Part shown: positions 1-10,466 of the stretch, piece by piece | Layout of the letters: every line of letters starts with the position of its first letter | How positions within the stretch are numbered: position 1 is the first letter of the stretch | Assembly: GCA_963674695.2 (NCBI GenBank) | Contig: CAXXGI010000003.1 | Coordinates: 64,001 to 128,000 of the forward strand | Length of the DNA: 64,000 nt | Reading direction: 5' to 3' | Origin: a bacterium | Lineage (GTDB): Bacteria; UBA10199; 2-02-FULL-44-16; JAAZCA01 | Program-made: the position numbers and the translations under genes | The notes under the pieces: generated by a model | The model's input: the letters and a program-made list of their open reading frames with translations, nothing else | Database searches by the model: none | Told to the model about the DNA's origin: nothing

Positions 1-1293
<1,293 letters not shown>

Positions 1294-1404
1294 CTGGTGA
1301 GATGGTGAGATAGTTCAATGGCTTGATGGCTTAAACAAAATCGTGGAACGACTTTTGTTTGTACGATTGAGCCATCTCACTATTCAGCCATCTAACGATC
1401 TCAC
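1294..1404. repeat. Inverted octamer tandem-repeat element
   Basis: Left arm GATGGTGA GATAGTTC AATGGCTT GATGGCTT; right arm GAGCCATC TCACTATT CAGCCATC TAACGATC (reverse-complement type); inner AAACAAAA..TTTTGTTT stem. Confidence 0.7.
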
Positions 1405-1413
1405 AAAGAATTT

Positions 1414-2640
1414 ATGCCCATATTTGAATACATCGGGATTGATTCGAAGGGGAAGCGCTCGTCTGGGCAGGTCGATGCCGAGAACGAACGCTCCGCGCGG
1501 GGAAAACTGCGTCGCATGGGGGTCTTTCCGACCACGCTCGGGATTGAGGGCCAGAGCAAGCAGAAGGTCGGCCTCTCGATGAACGTCGATTTCTCCAAGT
1601 ATTTGCAGCGTGTGAAGATGCAGGACATCGCGATGATGACGCGCCAGTTGGCCACGCTCCTGGGTGCCAACATTCCGCTGGTCGATGCCCTGGCCGCGCT
1701 CTGCGATCAGGTGGAAAACCCGAAGTTGCGCACCATCCTCTCGCGCGTGCGCGAGAAGGTCATGGAGGGCGGCAAGCTCTCCGACGGGTTGCGCGCCTAT
1801 CCGCGCCAGTTCAGCGATGTCTACATCAACATGATCAACGCGGGTGAGAACAGCGGCGCGCTCGACGTCGTGCTGGAACGCCTGGCGGATTTTACCGAGG
1901 GGCAGGCAAGGCTCCGCAACAAGGTGCTCAGCGCCATGATCTATCCGGCCATCATGACGGTGGTGGGAATCTCGCTCGTCATCTTTTTGCTCGTGCTGGT
2001 GGTGCCGAAGGTGACGGCCATCTTCGAGGACGTCGATGCGACGCTGCCGATGCCCACGAGGATTCTTATCGCTGTCAGCGACATCCTCTCGAACTACTGG
2101 TATCTTCTGGTCCTCGGCGTGCCGCTGGCGATTTACGGCATCAAGCGCTATCTGGCCACACCGGCCGGTCGGGCGTGGTGGGATCGGAAGTCGCTCACGC
2201 TCCCGATCTTTGGGAAGCTGTCCCGGCTGGTCATCATCGCGCGTTTTTCGCGAACGCTGGCGACGCTCCTGTCCAGTGGCGTTCCGCTGCTGCCGGCGCT
2301 CGAAATCGTGCGCACCATCGTGACCAATACGCACCTGCGCCGCGTTATCGAGCAGACCCGCGACAACGTTCGCGAGGGGCAGAGTATCGCCGATCCGCTC
2401 AAACGCAGCGGCGAGTTTCCGCCGTTGGTGACGCACATGATCGCCATCGGAGAAAAGACGGGCGATTTGGAACGGATGCTTGAACGCATCGCTGACGCCT
2501 ACGACACACAGGTCGACAACGCGGTCTCCGCGCTCACCTCCCTGCTCGAGCCGATCATGATCCTGGTGATGGCGGGCGTGGTCTCCTTTATCGTCATGTC
2601 GATTCTGTTGCCGATCATGCAGCTCAACAAGCTGGGATGA
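1414..2640 (+). CDS. gspF: Type II secretion inner-membrane platform protein GspF
   Basis: 408 aa; TRQLATLL, GENSGALD..LERLADF, AMIYP, LLEPIMI motifs; two T2SSF halves. Confidence 0.93.
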   Translation: MPIFEYIGIDSKGKRSSGQVDAENERSARGKLRRMGVFPTTLGIEGQSKQKVGLSMNVDFSKYLQRVKMQDIAMMTRQLATLLGANIPLVDALAALCDQVENPKLRTILSRVREKVMEGGKLSDGLRAYPRQFSDVYINMINAGENSGALDVVLERLADFTEGQARLRNKVLSAMIYPAIMTVVGISLVIFLLVLVVPKVTAIFEDVDATLPMPTRILIAVSDILSNYWYLLVLGVPLAIYGIKRYLATPAGRAWWDRKSLTLPIFGKLSRLVIIARFSRTLATLLSSGVPLLPALEIVRTIVTNTHLRRVIEQTRDNVREGQSIADPLKRSGEFPPLVTHMIAIGEKTGDLERMLERIADAYDTQVDNAVSALTSLLEPIMILVMAGVVSFIVMSILLPIMQLNKLG

Positions 2641-2743
2641 TTGAACAGAGGGGCATTTGCGCAGGGCGTCAAAGAGAGCGCTTGATTTTTGCGTCTATTA
2701 TCAGATGATGGACGAACAAACGTAGACAAAAGGAGGTAGGGAA

Positions 2744-3193
2744 ATGAAACGGATTCTCGCGAACGCACGAGGTATGACACTCATCGAAATCATGGTCGTG
2801 ATCACGATCCTCGGACTGATCGCCACCGTCGTGACGGTCAACGTGATGGACCGCCTGGATGAGGCGCGGCAGGAGACGGCCAAGACGCAGATGAAGGTGC
2901 TCGAGGAGGCACTCGATCAATTCCGCCGCGACAACGGCTTCTATCCCTCCACCGAACAGGGGCTGCAAGCGCTCGTCGAAAAGCCCTCCACCGGTCGCAT
3001 CCCGAAGCGGTATCCGTCCAAGGGCTACCTCAAGGGGGGAAGGGTCCCGCAGGATCCCTTCGATTGCGACTATCAGTATTACAACCCGGGTCTGCAGGGG
3101 CATGAGTATGAGATCTATTCCCTCGGGGCGGATTGCCAAGAGGGGGGCGACGAGACCGACGCCGATATCAGTTCGTTCGAGACGAACGAATAA
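2744..3193 (+). CDS. gspG: Major pseudopilin GspG
   Basis: AGGAGG RBS; G|MTLIE prepilin site; YPSTEQGLQALV, DPF..YQY, YEIYSLGAD..EGG. Confidence 0.93.
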   Translation: MKRILANARGMTLIEIMVVITILGLIATVVTVNVMDRLDEARQETAKTQMKVLEEALDQFRRDNGFYPSTEQGLQALVEKPSTGRIPKRYPSKGYLKGGRVPQDPFDCDYQYYNPGLQGHEYEIYSLGADCQEGGDETDADISSFETNE

Positions 3194-3225
3194 AGTTGTT
3201 TCACCAGGAACAGTGGGTGCGTGGC

Positions 3226-3268
3226 CGCCCGCGGCGTGCTCAATGGGCAACGGCCGCGGGCGTTTTTT
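3226..3268 (+). terminator. Probable intrinsic terminator/attenuator after gspG
   Basis: CGCCCGCGGC...GCCGCGGGCG stem followed by TTTTTT. Confidence 0.65.
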
Positions 3269-3273
3269 CCATT

Positions 3274-3981
3274 ATGATGAAGCGTATTCGTCACAGATCC
3301 CGCAGGGATCGATCGTCCTTCATCTCAGCGAACAGCGTTCGCGGTCGTCCCTCGTCTTGCAGAGGTGGTTTCACGCTCTTCGAAATTCTGATTTCGATCG
3401 CCGTGGTGGGGCTCATCATGGGGCTGGTGGTCGGTGGAATGAACCAGTTTCTCGAGCTGGACATGAAGAAGGCGTCGAACAAGATGGCGGCGACTATGCG
3501 CTATCTCACCAACAAGGCGGCGCTCGAAGGGCTCTATATCAGGCTCGTCATCGATATGGAGGAGCAGACCTACCACGTGGAGGCGACCACCGATCCGGTG
3601 CTCATCACGCGAGGGGAGGAGGGGCCGCTCTCGGCAGTTACCCCCTCCGATGAGGATGAGCCGACCGGCGAGGCCGAGGAGGATGCCGGTCCACCGAAGC
3701 TCAAACCCCGTGAGGTCACCTTTAGTCCGATGGACTCCTATCTGCTCAAACCGACCAAACTCCCATCGGGGATCTTCTTTAAGGATGTCTCCGTCGAACA
3801 CCGACGGGTGCCGGTGGAGGGGGGCAAGGCCTCCATCTTCTTCTTTCCGAACGGATATATGGAGCATGCCGTCATCAATCTGCGCGACGAGGATGATGAA
3901 CTCAACTATTCGCTCGAGACCAATCCCATCGGCGGTCGGGTGAATATCGACAACACCTATCGAACCCTGGAAGAACGATGA
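3274..3981 (+). CDS. gspH: Minor pseudopilin GspH-like, with extended leader
   Basis: GG|FTLFE prepilin site plus hydrophobic helix; FFPNG motif; position after gspG; start inferred. Confidence 0.75.
   Translation: MMKRIRHRSRRDRSSFISANSVRGRPSSCRGGFTLFEILISIAVVGLIMGLVVGGMNQFLELDMKKASNKMAATMRYLTNKAALEGLYIRLVIDMEEQTYHVEATTDPVLITRGEEGPLSAVTPSDEDEPTGEAEEDAGPPKLKPREVTFSPMDSYLLKPTKLPSGIFFKDVSVEHRRVPVEGGKASIFFFPNGYMEHAVINLRDEDDELNYSLETNPIGGRVNIDNTYRTLEER
3295..3354 (-). repeat. Half copy (60 bp) of the palindromic element found in gspI, in inverted orientation
   Basis: Reverse complement matches 4004-4063 at 53/60 positions (counted by eye). Confidence 0.85.
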
Positions 3982-4589
3982 AGACACGAAATGCACGGCA
4001 TCCCGAAGGACGTCCGCGAACGCTGTTCGCTGGGACGAAGGACGATCGATCTCTTCGAGATCTCGGACGAAAAAGTCGTTTCGTCCATCGTCCGAGCGAG
4101 CAGCGCTCGCGAACGTCCTTCGTCCTTCGGGATAATGGGGGGTTCACCCTTTTAGAGGTGATGATCGCCGTGGCGATCCTGGCGGTTTCGCTAACCGTTC
4201 TCATGACCTTTTCCGGGCGTACGCTCATCGTCAGTGGGCGAGCCGAGCAGATGACCATCTCGACGATGCTGGCGCGACAGAAGATGGCCGAGGTCGAGCT
4301 GGAGTTCCAGAAGGGATTGAAGAAGAACGAGTTTCCGGAGGAGCGCGACGACGAGGGGACCTTCGACGAACCCTATGAGGAATATCGCTGGAAGATGGAG
4401 CTGCGCAAGGTGGAACTGCCCGCGCCGGTCACCGGCGAGAAGGGGAGCCTCGAGGGGATGGTGGGTCGGCAGCTGACCAAGGAGATCGCCAAGGCGGTGC
4501 GCGAACTCAAGGTGACGATCTTCTGGGATGAGCTGGGCGAGGAGCAGACGATGGAAGTGGTGACGCATATCATTAACCTGAAGGCCTGA
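3978..4589 (+). CDS. gspI: Minor pseudopilin GspI-like, with extended leader
   Basis: ATGA overlap with gspH; GG|FTLLEVMIAVAILA prepilin motif; operon position. Confidence 0.8.
   Translation: MKTRNARHPEGRPRTLFAGTKDDRSLRDLGRKSRFVHRPSEQRSRTSFVLRDNGGFTLLEVMIAVAILAVSLTVLMTFSGRTLIVSGRAEQMTISTMLARQKMAEVELEFQKGLKKNEFPEERDDEGTFDEPYEEYRWKMELRKVELPAPVTGEKGSLEGMVGRQLTKEIAKAVRELKVTIFWDELGEEQTMEVVTHIINLKA
4000..4133. mobile_element. About 132 bp palindromic MITE/RPE-like element, in-frame in the gspI leader
   Basis: Ends ATCCCGAAGGACG / CGTCCTTCGGGAT; inner inverted arms CGCGAACGCTGTTCGCT / AGCGAGCAGCGCTCGCG; removing 4002-4133 gives MKTRNARHNGG|F. Confidence 0.75.
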
Positions 4590-4608
4590 TGTCTGGGAGC
4601 TCGATTGT

Positions 4609-5376
4609 ATGGTGCTGCGACGAATGTCATTGCTCAAGGTGTTGTCTGTTTCGGGTCACGGGTCACGAGTCACGGGTCACGAGCGCGAAGCGCAGGATGG
4701 TTTCACCCTGCTCGAGGTCCTCGTCGCGGTGGGCGTGCTCTCGGTCATCATGGTGTTGCTCTGGTCGAGCACCGGTCAGACGCTCAAGGCCAAGGATCGA
4801 TTCGAAGCGCGCGATCTGGTCTACCATCAGGGTCGCGTGGCGTTGCGCAAGATCACCGACGATCTGATGATGGCCTTTTTGACCAAGGTGCCGACGCAAC
4901 GCGAGGCGACCTCAACGGCCAAACCCTATGCGACCTTCTTCATCGGTGAGGATCGCAGCGATCAGGACAGCCTGCGTCTCACCTCTTTTTCGCACCTGCG
5001 GTTCTTCGCCGATGCGAAGGAGTCGGACATGTGCAAGGTCTCCTACGAGATCGCGCCCTCCCCGGAGGACGCCGGCGTGATGAACCTGATTCGCCGCCAG
5101 CAGTCATGGCTCGACGATACGACGGAGATGGGGGATGTGCGCGCATTTGTCCTGGCCGAAAACATCAAGGCGTTCGATATCGAATACTTCGATGAGCGCA
5201 AGGATGACTGGGGCAAGGAATGGGATACGCAGAAGATCGACTGGCGGGACAAGTTGCCTCAGGGCGTGCGCGTCTCGATCCAGTTTGCCAACCCGGATCC
5301 GGATTTTGAGGACGAACCGATCAACATGTCGACGGCGGTGGTCATCCCCATGTCGGCGGGAGCGATCGATCTATGA
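4609..5376 (+). CDS. gspJ: Minor pseudopilin GspJ-like
   Basis: DG|FTLLEVLVAV prepilin motif; C-terminal W..EWDT...LPQGVRVSI; start may be 4609 or 4624. Confidence 0.8.
   Translation: MVLRRMSLLKVLSVSGHGSRVTGHEREAQDGFTLLEVLVAVGVLSVIMVLLWSSTGQTLKAKDRFEARDLVYHQGRVALRKITDDLMMAFLTKVPTQREATSTAKPYATFFIGEDRSDQDSLRLTSFSHLRFFADAKESDMCKVSYEIAPSPEDAGVMNLIRRQQSWLDDTTEMGDVRAFVLAENIKAFDIEYFDERKDDWGKEWDTQKIDWRDKLPQGVRVSIQFANPDPDFEDEPINMSTAVVIPMSAGAIDL
4653..4683 (+). repeat. Heptamer tandem repeat (GRGTCAC x4) in the gspJ leader
   Basis: GGGTCAC GGGTCAC GAGTCAC GGGTCAC, translated GHGSRVTGH. Confidence 0.85.
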
Positions 5377-6701
5377 AGCGGCCTGGGTTCAATCGGCGGG
5401 GCGTGGCCCTGATCCTCGTGTTGTCGGCGCTGATGGTGCTGACCGCCATGGGGGTGGAGTTTGCCTACAATACGAACGTGAACTATCACCTCGCCTCGGG
5501 CGAGCGCGATCGGCTTCAGGCCTATTACCTGGCCAAGTCGGCCTTCAACTTCATGCTCCTGGAGCTCAAGTTCGATCGCGTCTTTCGGCAGGTGGTGCAG
5601 CAGCAGAACCTTGGACAGTATCTCGGCGAGAACGCGAATCTCCCGCTGTGCCAGCAGTTTCCCCTCTCCACGGGGCTCATCCGCGCGGTCTTCACCGGCG
5701 GCGGGGCGGCCGCACTCATGGGCGGCGAGGAGGGGGCCGAAGGGGGGGGCGAAGAGGGTGCTGGAGAGACGGAGGATGAAGCGCTCGAGGATATGCGGCG
5801 CGATGCGAGTCTGGCGCAGGAGTCGAGCGCCGAGGAGTTCTTGCAGTTCGAAGGAGATTTCGACGGCGAGTGCATCGACGAATCGACGAAGATCGACCTC
5901 AATGGATTTTCGGGGCTGAGCACGACGCCCACGACCGAGGGCGCGCGAAGCCCCTTCGATCAGTATAAGGATTTTCTCTTCGCCTTCCTGTCGCGACCGC
6001 AGTTCGACCTCCTCTTCGAAAAGGCGGATGTGACGGTGACCGACGTCATCAACAACATCGGCGACTGGGTCGATCCGAACACGGATGTCAACGAACTGGA
6101 CGGTCGGACCGGCGGCGCTGAACAGTCGATCTATGAACGCCTGGAGGTGCCCTATCCGGTTCGCAATGGGAAGCTCGTCACACTCCTGGAGACCTATCTG
6201 ATCGCCGATGTCGTCGACACCTGGTTTGAGCCGATGATGGAGTACTTCACCGTCTACGGCGATGGGAAGGTGAACGTCTGTACGGCCAGCACCGATGTGG
6301 TGGAGGGGCTGATCCGTCGTTATCAGCTGGCCACGCCGGGCCTGCCGCCGCTGCGTCTGGAGGATCCGGAGGAGATGACGCGCCTGACCGACGCCATCGC
6401 CGAGGCCTGTGCCTCGGGCGCCTTCGGCGATCAGCTCAAGAGCCAGATCGTTACGGCCCTCAACACGGCCATCGGGGCCGCCGGTGCGGAGACCGGAGGG
6501 ACGGAGCAGACCCAGCAGACGGGGCAGACCCAGCAGGGGGGGGAGACCGGTTTCGGTTCCTACATCACGACCGAGAGTCGTTTCTTTTCGCTCAAGCTCG
6601 CCGGGCAGGTGATGGACACGACCGTGCGGGTCAAGGCGGTGATCGATGTGAAGGAGCAGGACCCGACCAAATGGAAGCTCCTCTACTGGCGCGTCCAATG
6701 A
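5373..6701 (+). CDS. gspK: Minor pseudopilin GspK
   Basis: RRG|VALILVL (no Glu5, as in GspK); QAYYLAKS, DESTKIDLN, DWVDPN, KVNV motifs. Confidence 0.85.
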   Translation: MKRPGFNRRGVALILVLSALMVLTAMGVEFAYNTNVNYHLASGERDRLQAYYLAKSAFNFMLLELKFDRVFRQVVQQQNLGQYLGENANLPLCQQFPLSTGLIRAVFTGGGAAALMGGEEGAEGGGEEGAGETEDEALEDMRRDASLAQESSAEEFLQFEGDFDGECIDESTKIDLNGFSGLSTTPTTEGARSPFDQYKDFLFAFLSRPQFDLLFEKADVTVTDVINNIGDWVDPNTDVNELDGRTGGAEQSIYERLEVPYPVRNGKLVTLLETYLIADVVDTWFEPMMEYFTVYGDGKVNVCTASTDVVEGLIRRYQLATPGLPPLRLEDPEEMTRLTDAIAEACASGAFGDQLKSQIVTALNTAIGAAGAETGGTEQTQQTGQTQQGGETGFGSYITTESRFFSLKLAGQVMDTTVRVKAVIDVKEQDPTKWKLLYWRVQ

Positions 6702-6787
6702 CGTTGCGGAAGGATGCTTTGAAAAGCGCTATGATTGTGGTACGTTAAGGAAGTTTTCCTTCGCGGTGACACGATCTTCGGTTTTAC

Positions 6788-6841
6788 GGGTCACGAGTCA
6801 CGAGTCACGAGTCACGAGTCACGAGTCACGAGTCACGAGTC
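6788..6841 (+). repeat. Heptamer tandem repeat GAGTCAC, about 7 copies
   Basis: GGGTCAC plus 6 perfect GAGTCAC plus GAGTC, immediately upstream of the gspL ATG. Confidence 0.95.
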
Positions 6842-6845
6842 TTTT

Positions 6846-8462
6846 ATGCCCCATCGTATCATCGGCATCGATATCGGAAGTTATTCGGTCAAGGTGGCCG
6901 TGATCGAGCGCAGCTTCAAGTCGTTCGCCTTCACCGAGTTTTTCGAGCGCCGCATCCAATATAATGATCTGCTCAGCCCCGAGGAGTCGACCTCGATCGC
7001 CATCCAGGGGCTGATCGACGACTTTAATCTCTCGTGGGATGTCGTCTGCTGCGGTTTTCCGGCCGAGCGCGTGACCTCGCGACTGATTACTTTTCCCTTT
7101 GGCAGCCTCAAGAAGATCGATCAGACCATCGAGTTCGAGATCGAGTCCTATATCCCCTTCGACGTCGAAAATGTGCTCATCGACTATGCGGTGGTCTGGC
7201 AGACCAAAGAGGCGTCCCGGGTGATGGTCGTCTATGTGCAGAAGGGCGATCTCGTTCGCGAACTGACCATGCTCGGTTCGGTCGGTCTGGATCCACGGTT
7301 TGTCTGTGTCGAAGGGGTGGACCTGGTCAACCTCATCAACCTCGGCATGGTTCCGCCCGAAGGGGCGTTCGCCGTGATCGACATCGGTCATGAGAAGACC
7401 ACGCTGACCATCTGTCGGGGAAAACGCCTGGGCTATGTGCGCGCCATCTCAATCGCGGGAAAGTCGATCACGGCGGCAATTGCCAAGCGCCTGGGGGTGC
7501 CCCTCGATGAAGCCGAGCGCATGAAGATCGAGATGGGGCACATCCCGCACGTGGCCGAAGAGGTGGTCGATGACATCTCGCGGGACGTGATCGCCGCTAT
7601 TCGCGAGGTGCTCGACGAGCTGCTCCTGCACCTGCGGCAGACACTCTTTACCTACCGGGAAACGGAAGACACGCCCGTGGAGGGGATCTATCTCTGTGGC
7701 GGTTCATCAAGGCTTCCCGGGATGGATCGATTTTTTTCCGATGCGCTCAAACTCAACGTCAGCTATCTCAACTGCAGCGATTTTCACTTCACGCGCCTGG
7801 ATCGCGCCGATGCCCATCGGCATGTCATCCCGCAGGCGTTGGCACTTGCGCTCAAGGGCGTGGCGGGCGGTGGCCCTGACATCAATCTGCGTCGCAACGA
7901 ATTCGCCTTCAAGGGGGATGTCGAGAAGTTCGGCGGAAGCGTTCGCCGCGCCGGCATCATCCTGGGGCTGCTCATCGTGTTGGCGCTCGTGAACTTTACG
8001 GCGAAGTACTATTCGGTCAAGGGGCGCATCGACAAGATGCGAGAGGATATCGTCACCCTCGTCAGCCAGACGCTGCCGAATACGCCGAAACGTGCCCTGC
8101 AGACGCCGAAGGCGGCGATCGGTCTGCTCAAGTCGAAGGAGCAGGATGTCACCGACCGCATCGATCAGATGGGCAACATCATGGGGGCCTCCCCCCTGGA
8201 CATCTTTAAGGAGGTTTCCGCGGTGCTCCCGCCGCGCGATCAGCTCAAGATCGAGGTGGGCGATCTGAGTATCGCCGGGGGGAAGGTTTCGCTCTCCGGC
8301 GTCGTGGATGATTTTAAGACGGTCGATACCGTCAAGCAGGTCTTCGAGAAGTCGGCCCTGTTCGATAACGTGACGACGGGGAACGTGAGCAAAGGGGTGA
8401 AGGGCGAGGTGAAATTTAAGCTCTCGATGGATGTCGTCTCCGGAGAGAAGCAGGAGGAGTGA
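6846..8462 (+). CDS. gspL: GspL (PilM-like actin-fold domain, TM, PilN-like periplasmic domain)
   Basis: GIDIGSYSVK, IDIGHEKT, LCGGSSRLPG, INLRRNEF then TM; position between gspK and gspM. Confidence 0.8.
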   Translation: MPHRIIGIDIGSYSVKVAVIERSFKSFAFTEFFERRIQYNDLLSPEESTSIAIQGLIDDFNLSWDVVCCGFPAERVTSRLITFPFGSLKKIDQTIEFEIESYIPFDVENVLIDYAVVWQTKEASRVMVVYVQKGDLVRELTMLGSVGLDPRFVCVEGVDLVNLINLGMVPPEGAFAVIDIGHEKTTLTICRGKRLGYVRAISIAGKSITAAIAKRLGVPLDEAERMKIEMGHIPHVAEEVVDDISRDVIAAIREVLDELLLHLRQTLFTYRETEDTPVEGIYLCGGSSRLPGMDRFFSDALKLNVSYLNCSDFHFTRLDRADAHRHVIPQALALALKGVAGGGPDINLRRNEFAFKGDVEKFGGSVRRAGIILGLLIVLALVNFTAKYYSVKGRIDKMREDIVTLVSQTLPNTPKRALQTPKAAIGLLKSKEQDVTDRIDQMGNIMGASPLDIFKEVSAVLPPRDQLKIEVGDLSIAGGKVSLSGVVDDFKTVDTVKQVFEKSALFDNVTTGNVSKGVKGEVKFKLSMDVVSGEKQEE

Positions 8463-8466
8463 TACG

Positions 8467-9072
8467 GTGGCACTGAAGGTCGGCCGGTTCAGCCTTGAGA
8501 GCCTCAAGGTCGAGAACCTCTACAATACGTACCTGGGGATGAATTCGCGCGAGCAGACCATGGCGCTCGTGGGGGCGATCGTTGTGCTCGTGCTCATCAT
8601 CATCCTTCCCGTGACGATCGCCTCCAGTCGCATCAGCCGGCTCGATCGCGATGTCGTGCAAGGGCATCGACAGCTCAAGGATATCATGCGGGCCATCGAA
8701 TCCTACGAGCAGCGCCGCGCCGAACTTGCCCAGACGCAGCAGTTGCTGTCCGGCGGATTCGATTCCTCCATCTCCAGTACGCTCGAGTCGCTCGCAGAAC
8801 GCAATGATATCAAGGATCGCATCGATTCGCTCAAGGAGAAGGCCTCCGCTCCCTCCGAGATCTACGATGAGTCCTCCGTCGATGTTCGCCTCAAGCGGGT
8901 GAGCTTGCCGAAACTCATCGATTATCTCTATGCGATCGAGAACGATCCGGACAAGCTCCTTCGGTTGAAGAAGCTCACCATCAAATCTCGCTTCGACAAG
9001 AAACAGGAACTCGATGTCTCCTTCACGGTTTCCAGCTATCGTCTGCTCGAAGGCGCCGAGGAGGGGATCTAG
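8467..9072 (+). CDS. gspM: GspM-like assembly protein
   Basis: AGGAGGAG RBS plus GTG; REQ..TM, coiled coil, VDVRLKRVSL..LIDYL. Confidence 0.75.
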   Translation: MALKVGRFSLESLKVENLYNTYLGMNSREQTMALVGAIVVLVLIIILPVTIASSRISRLDRDVVQGHRQLKDIMRAIESYEQRRAELAQTQQLLSGGFDSSISSTLESLAERNDIKDRIDSLKEKASAPSEIYDESSVDVRLKRVSLPKLIDYLYAIENDPDKLLRLKKLTIKSRFDKKQELDVSFTVSSYRLLEGAEEGI

Positions 9073-9984
9073 ATGTCACGATTGGTCAAATTCATCGCCT
9101 ATCTCGCGCTCTTCGTCGTGAGTTTCCTCCTGTTCCTCTATTGGATGTTTCCCTATAGCGCTTTGCGCGATCGCGTCTTGGGGGCGATCGAACAGCAGCT
9201 CGGCAGTGGTGTTTCGGTCACCGCGGAAACGCTCGAGCCCTATTGGTTCAGCGGTGTCGAGGTGAGTGGCCTCGAGGTGGAGGGGATGAATGAGGGTCGG
9301 GCGGTGACGCTCCTCAAGTGCCGACGGCTGCGTGCGCGTGCAGGGCTCGTCTCGCTCCTCGTGGGGAGCCCGCGTATTTCCTTCTTGGTCGAGATCGGCA
9401 AGGGGGAGATTTCGGGAACCGCGCGTCGAACCGAAGAGGAGCTTGATCTGGATCTCGAACTCGACAACGTCGATCTTGGCACGATTCAGTTGATTCAGGA
9501 ACGGACAGGACTCAAGCTTTCCTCGAGGATCGGCGGCGTCGTTCGTCTGATGATCGATCGGCAGCGGCCGTTGCGGTCGACCGGAAAGATCGATCTGGAC
9601 CTGCGCGACATCGTCTTGAAGCCATCGATGGTCAAGCTCGGCGAGATGGAGATGGAGATGCCGGAGCTTGCGCTCAGCAAGGGGCGGGAATCGAGGATCA
9701 GGCTCGAGGTCGACCGGGGCGCGATTGCCGTCGAATCGATTGTGCTCAAGGGCGGCGATCTCGGAATCGATCTCAAGGGAAAGGTGTTTCTCTCGACCCG
9801 GGTGGACAACTATCGATTCAACGTGAGCGGTTCCTTTTCGGCATCGGAAAAACTGGGCCAGGCGCTTCCCTTCCTCTTCATCATCGAAAAACAAAAGCGC
9901 GAAGACGGCAGCTATCCCATCTCCATCACCGGGCGCCTGGCCCGGCCCTCCATCAAAATCGGAACCTTCACCGTCCCGCTGTAA
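9073..9984 (+). CDS. gspN: GspN-like protein
   Basis: N-terminal TM followed by FPY..LRDR; beta-rich body; ends ITGRLARP; last gene of the operon. Confidence 0.7.
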   Translation: MSRLVKFIAYLALFVVSFLLFLYWMFPYSALRDRVLGAIEQQLGSGVSVTAETLEPYWFSGVEVSGLEVEGMNEGRAVTLLKCRRLRARAGLVSLLVGSPRISFLVEIGKGEISGTARRTEEELDLDLELDNVDLGTIQLIQERTGLKLSSRIGGVVRLMIDRQRPLRSTGKIDLDLRDIVLKPSMVKLGEMEMEMPELALSKGRESRIRLEVDRGAIAVESIVLKGGDLGIDLKGKVFLSTRVDNYRFNVSGSFSASEKLGQALPFLFIIEKQKREDGSYPISITGRLARPSIKIGTFTVPL

Positions 9985-10019
9985 TCATCTCATATTTGGA
10001 CGCTCTTCCTGTAACGGTG

Positions 10020-10095
10020 CCGCCTTCCGGGGAAATCATTCGCATCTTCACAGATGAAGCTTGTTCCAGACGCAAATGATTTCCCCTCACGGCGG
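10020..10095. repeat. REP-like hairpin (GCCTYCCGGGGAA...TTCCCCTCRCGGC family) between convergent genes
   Basis: GGGGAAATCATTCGCATCT / AGACGCAAATGATTTCCCC stem; same ends as 14821-14896. Confidence 0.65.
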
Positions 10096-10127
10096 TCTGT
10101 ATCAATTGGTGCGAGTCTGGAGGATGT

Positions 10128-10466
10128 TTACTCCCGTGCGGATTGCGGCTGGTCGGCGGGTTTTTCCTCGAACATAATCTCGCCCGGCTTGATGTAGCCG
10201 AGTTCCTTCCGGATGACCATTTCGAGATTGTCCGCTGTGGAGAGCATCTCCTGTTCGCGACTGAGCCGGTCGATGTCGTCGTTGACCGCATCGCGTTCTT
10301 GGCTGAGCTGCTGTTGCATCTTCAGGAGTTGGCGCAAGGAGTAGAGCCCCTGATCGCCCAGCGCCAGGAATCCGAAGAAGGCGACGGCGACGGCGATCAC
10401 GAGGAGGCGAATCGGCGTCAAAAAGCCGAGCACCTTATGGATGGCGTGAAGGATGAGCGTTTTCAT
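10128..10466 (-). CDS. Septum formation initiator (FtsB/DivIC family)
   Basis: TM, GDQGL, coiled coil, [14 protein letters not shown]; ATGA overlap with ruvB. Confidence 0.8.
   Translation of the reverse strand: MKTLILHAIHKVLGFLTPIRLLVIAVAVAFFGFLALGDQGLYSLRQLLKMQQQLSQERDAVNDDIDRLSREQEMLSTADNLEMVIRKELGYIKPGEIMFEEKPADQPQSARE

Noticed and set aside
6503-6540. GCAGAC-based repeats in gspK (EQTQQTGQTQQ)
   Set aside because: Short low-complexity coding linker with no inverted arm or second copy
6735-6845. N-terminal extension of GspL containing HESRVTS repeats
   Set aside because: The PilM-like fold starts at MPHRIIGIDIG (6846); the extension is just the heptamer array in frame, though a longer start cannot be fully excluded
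6846-8462. PilM-PilN-like fusion as a novelty
   Set aside because: GspL is the established structural equivalent of PilM plus PilN, so this is expected in a T2SS operon
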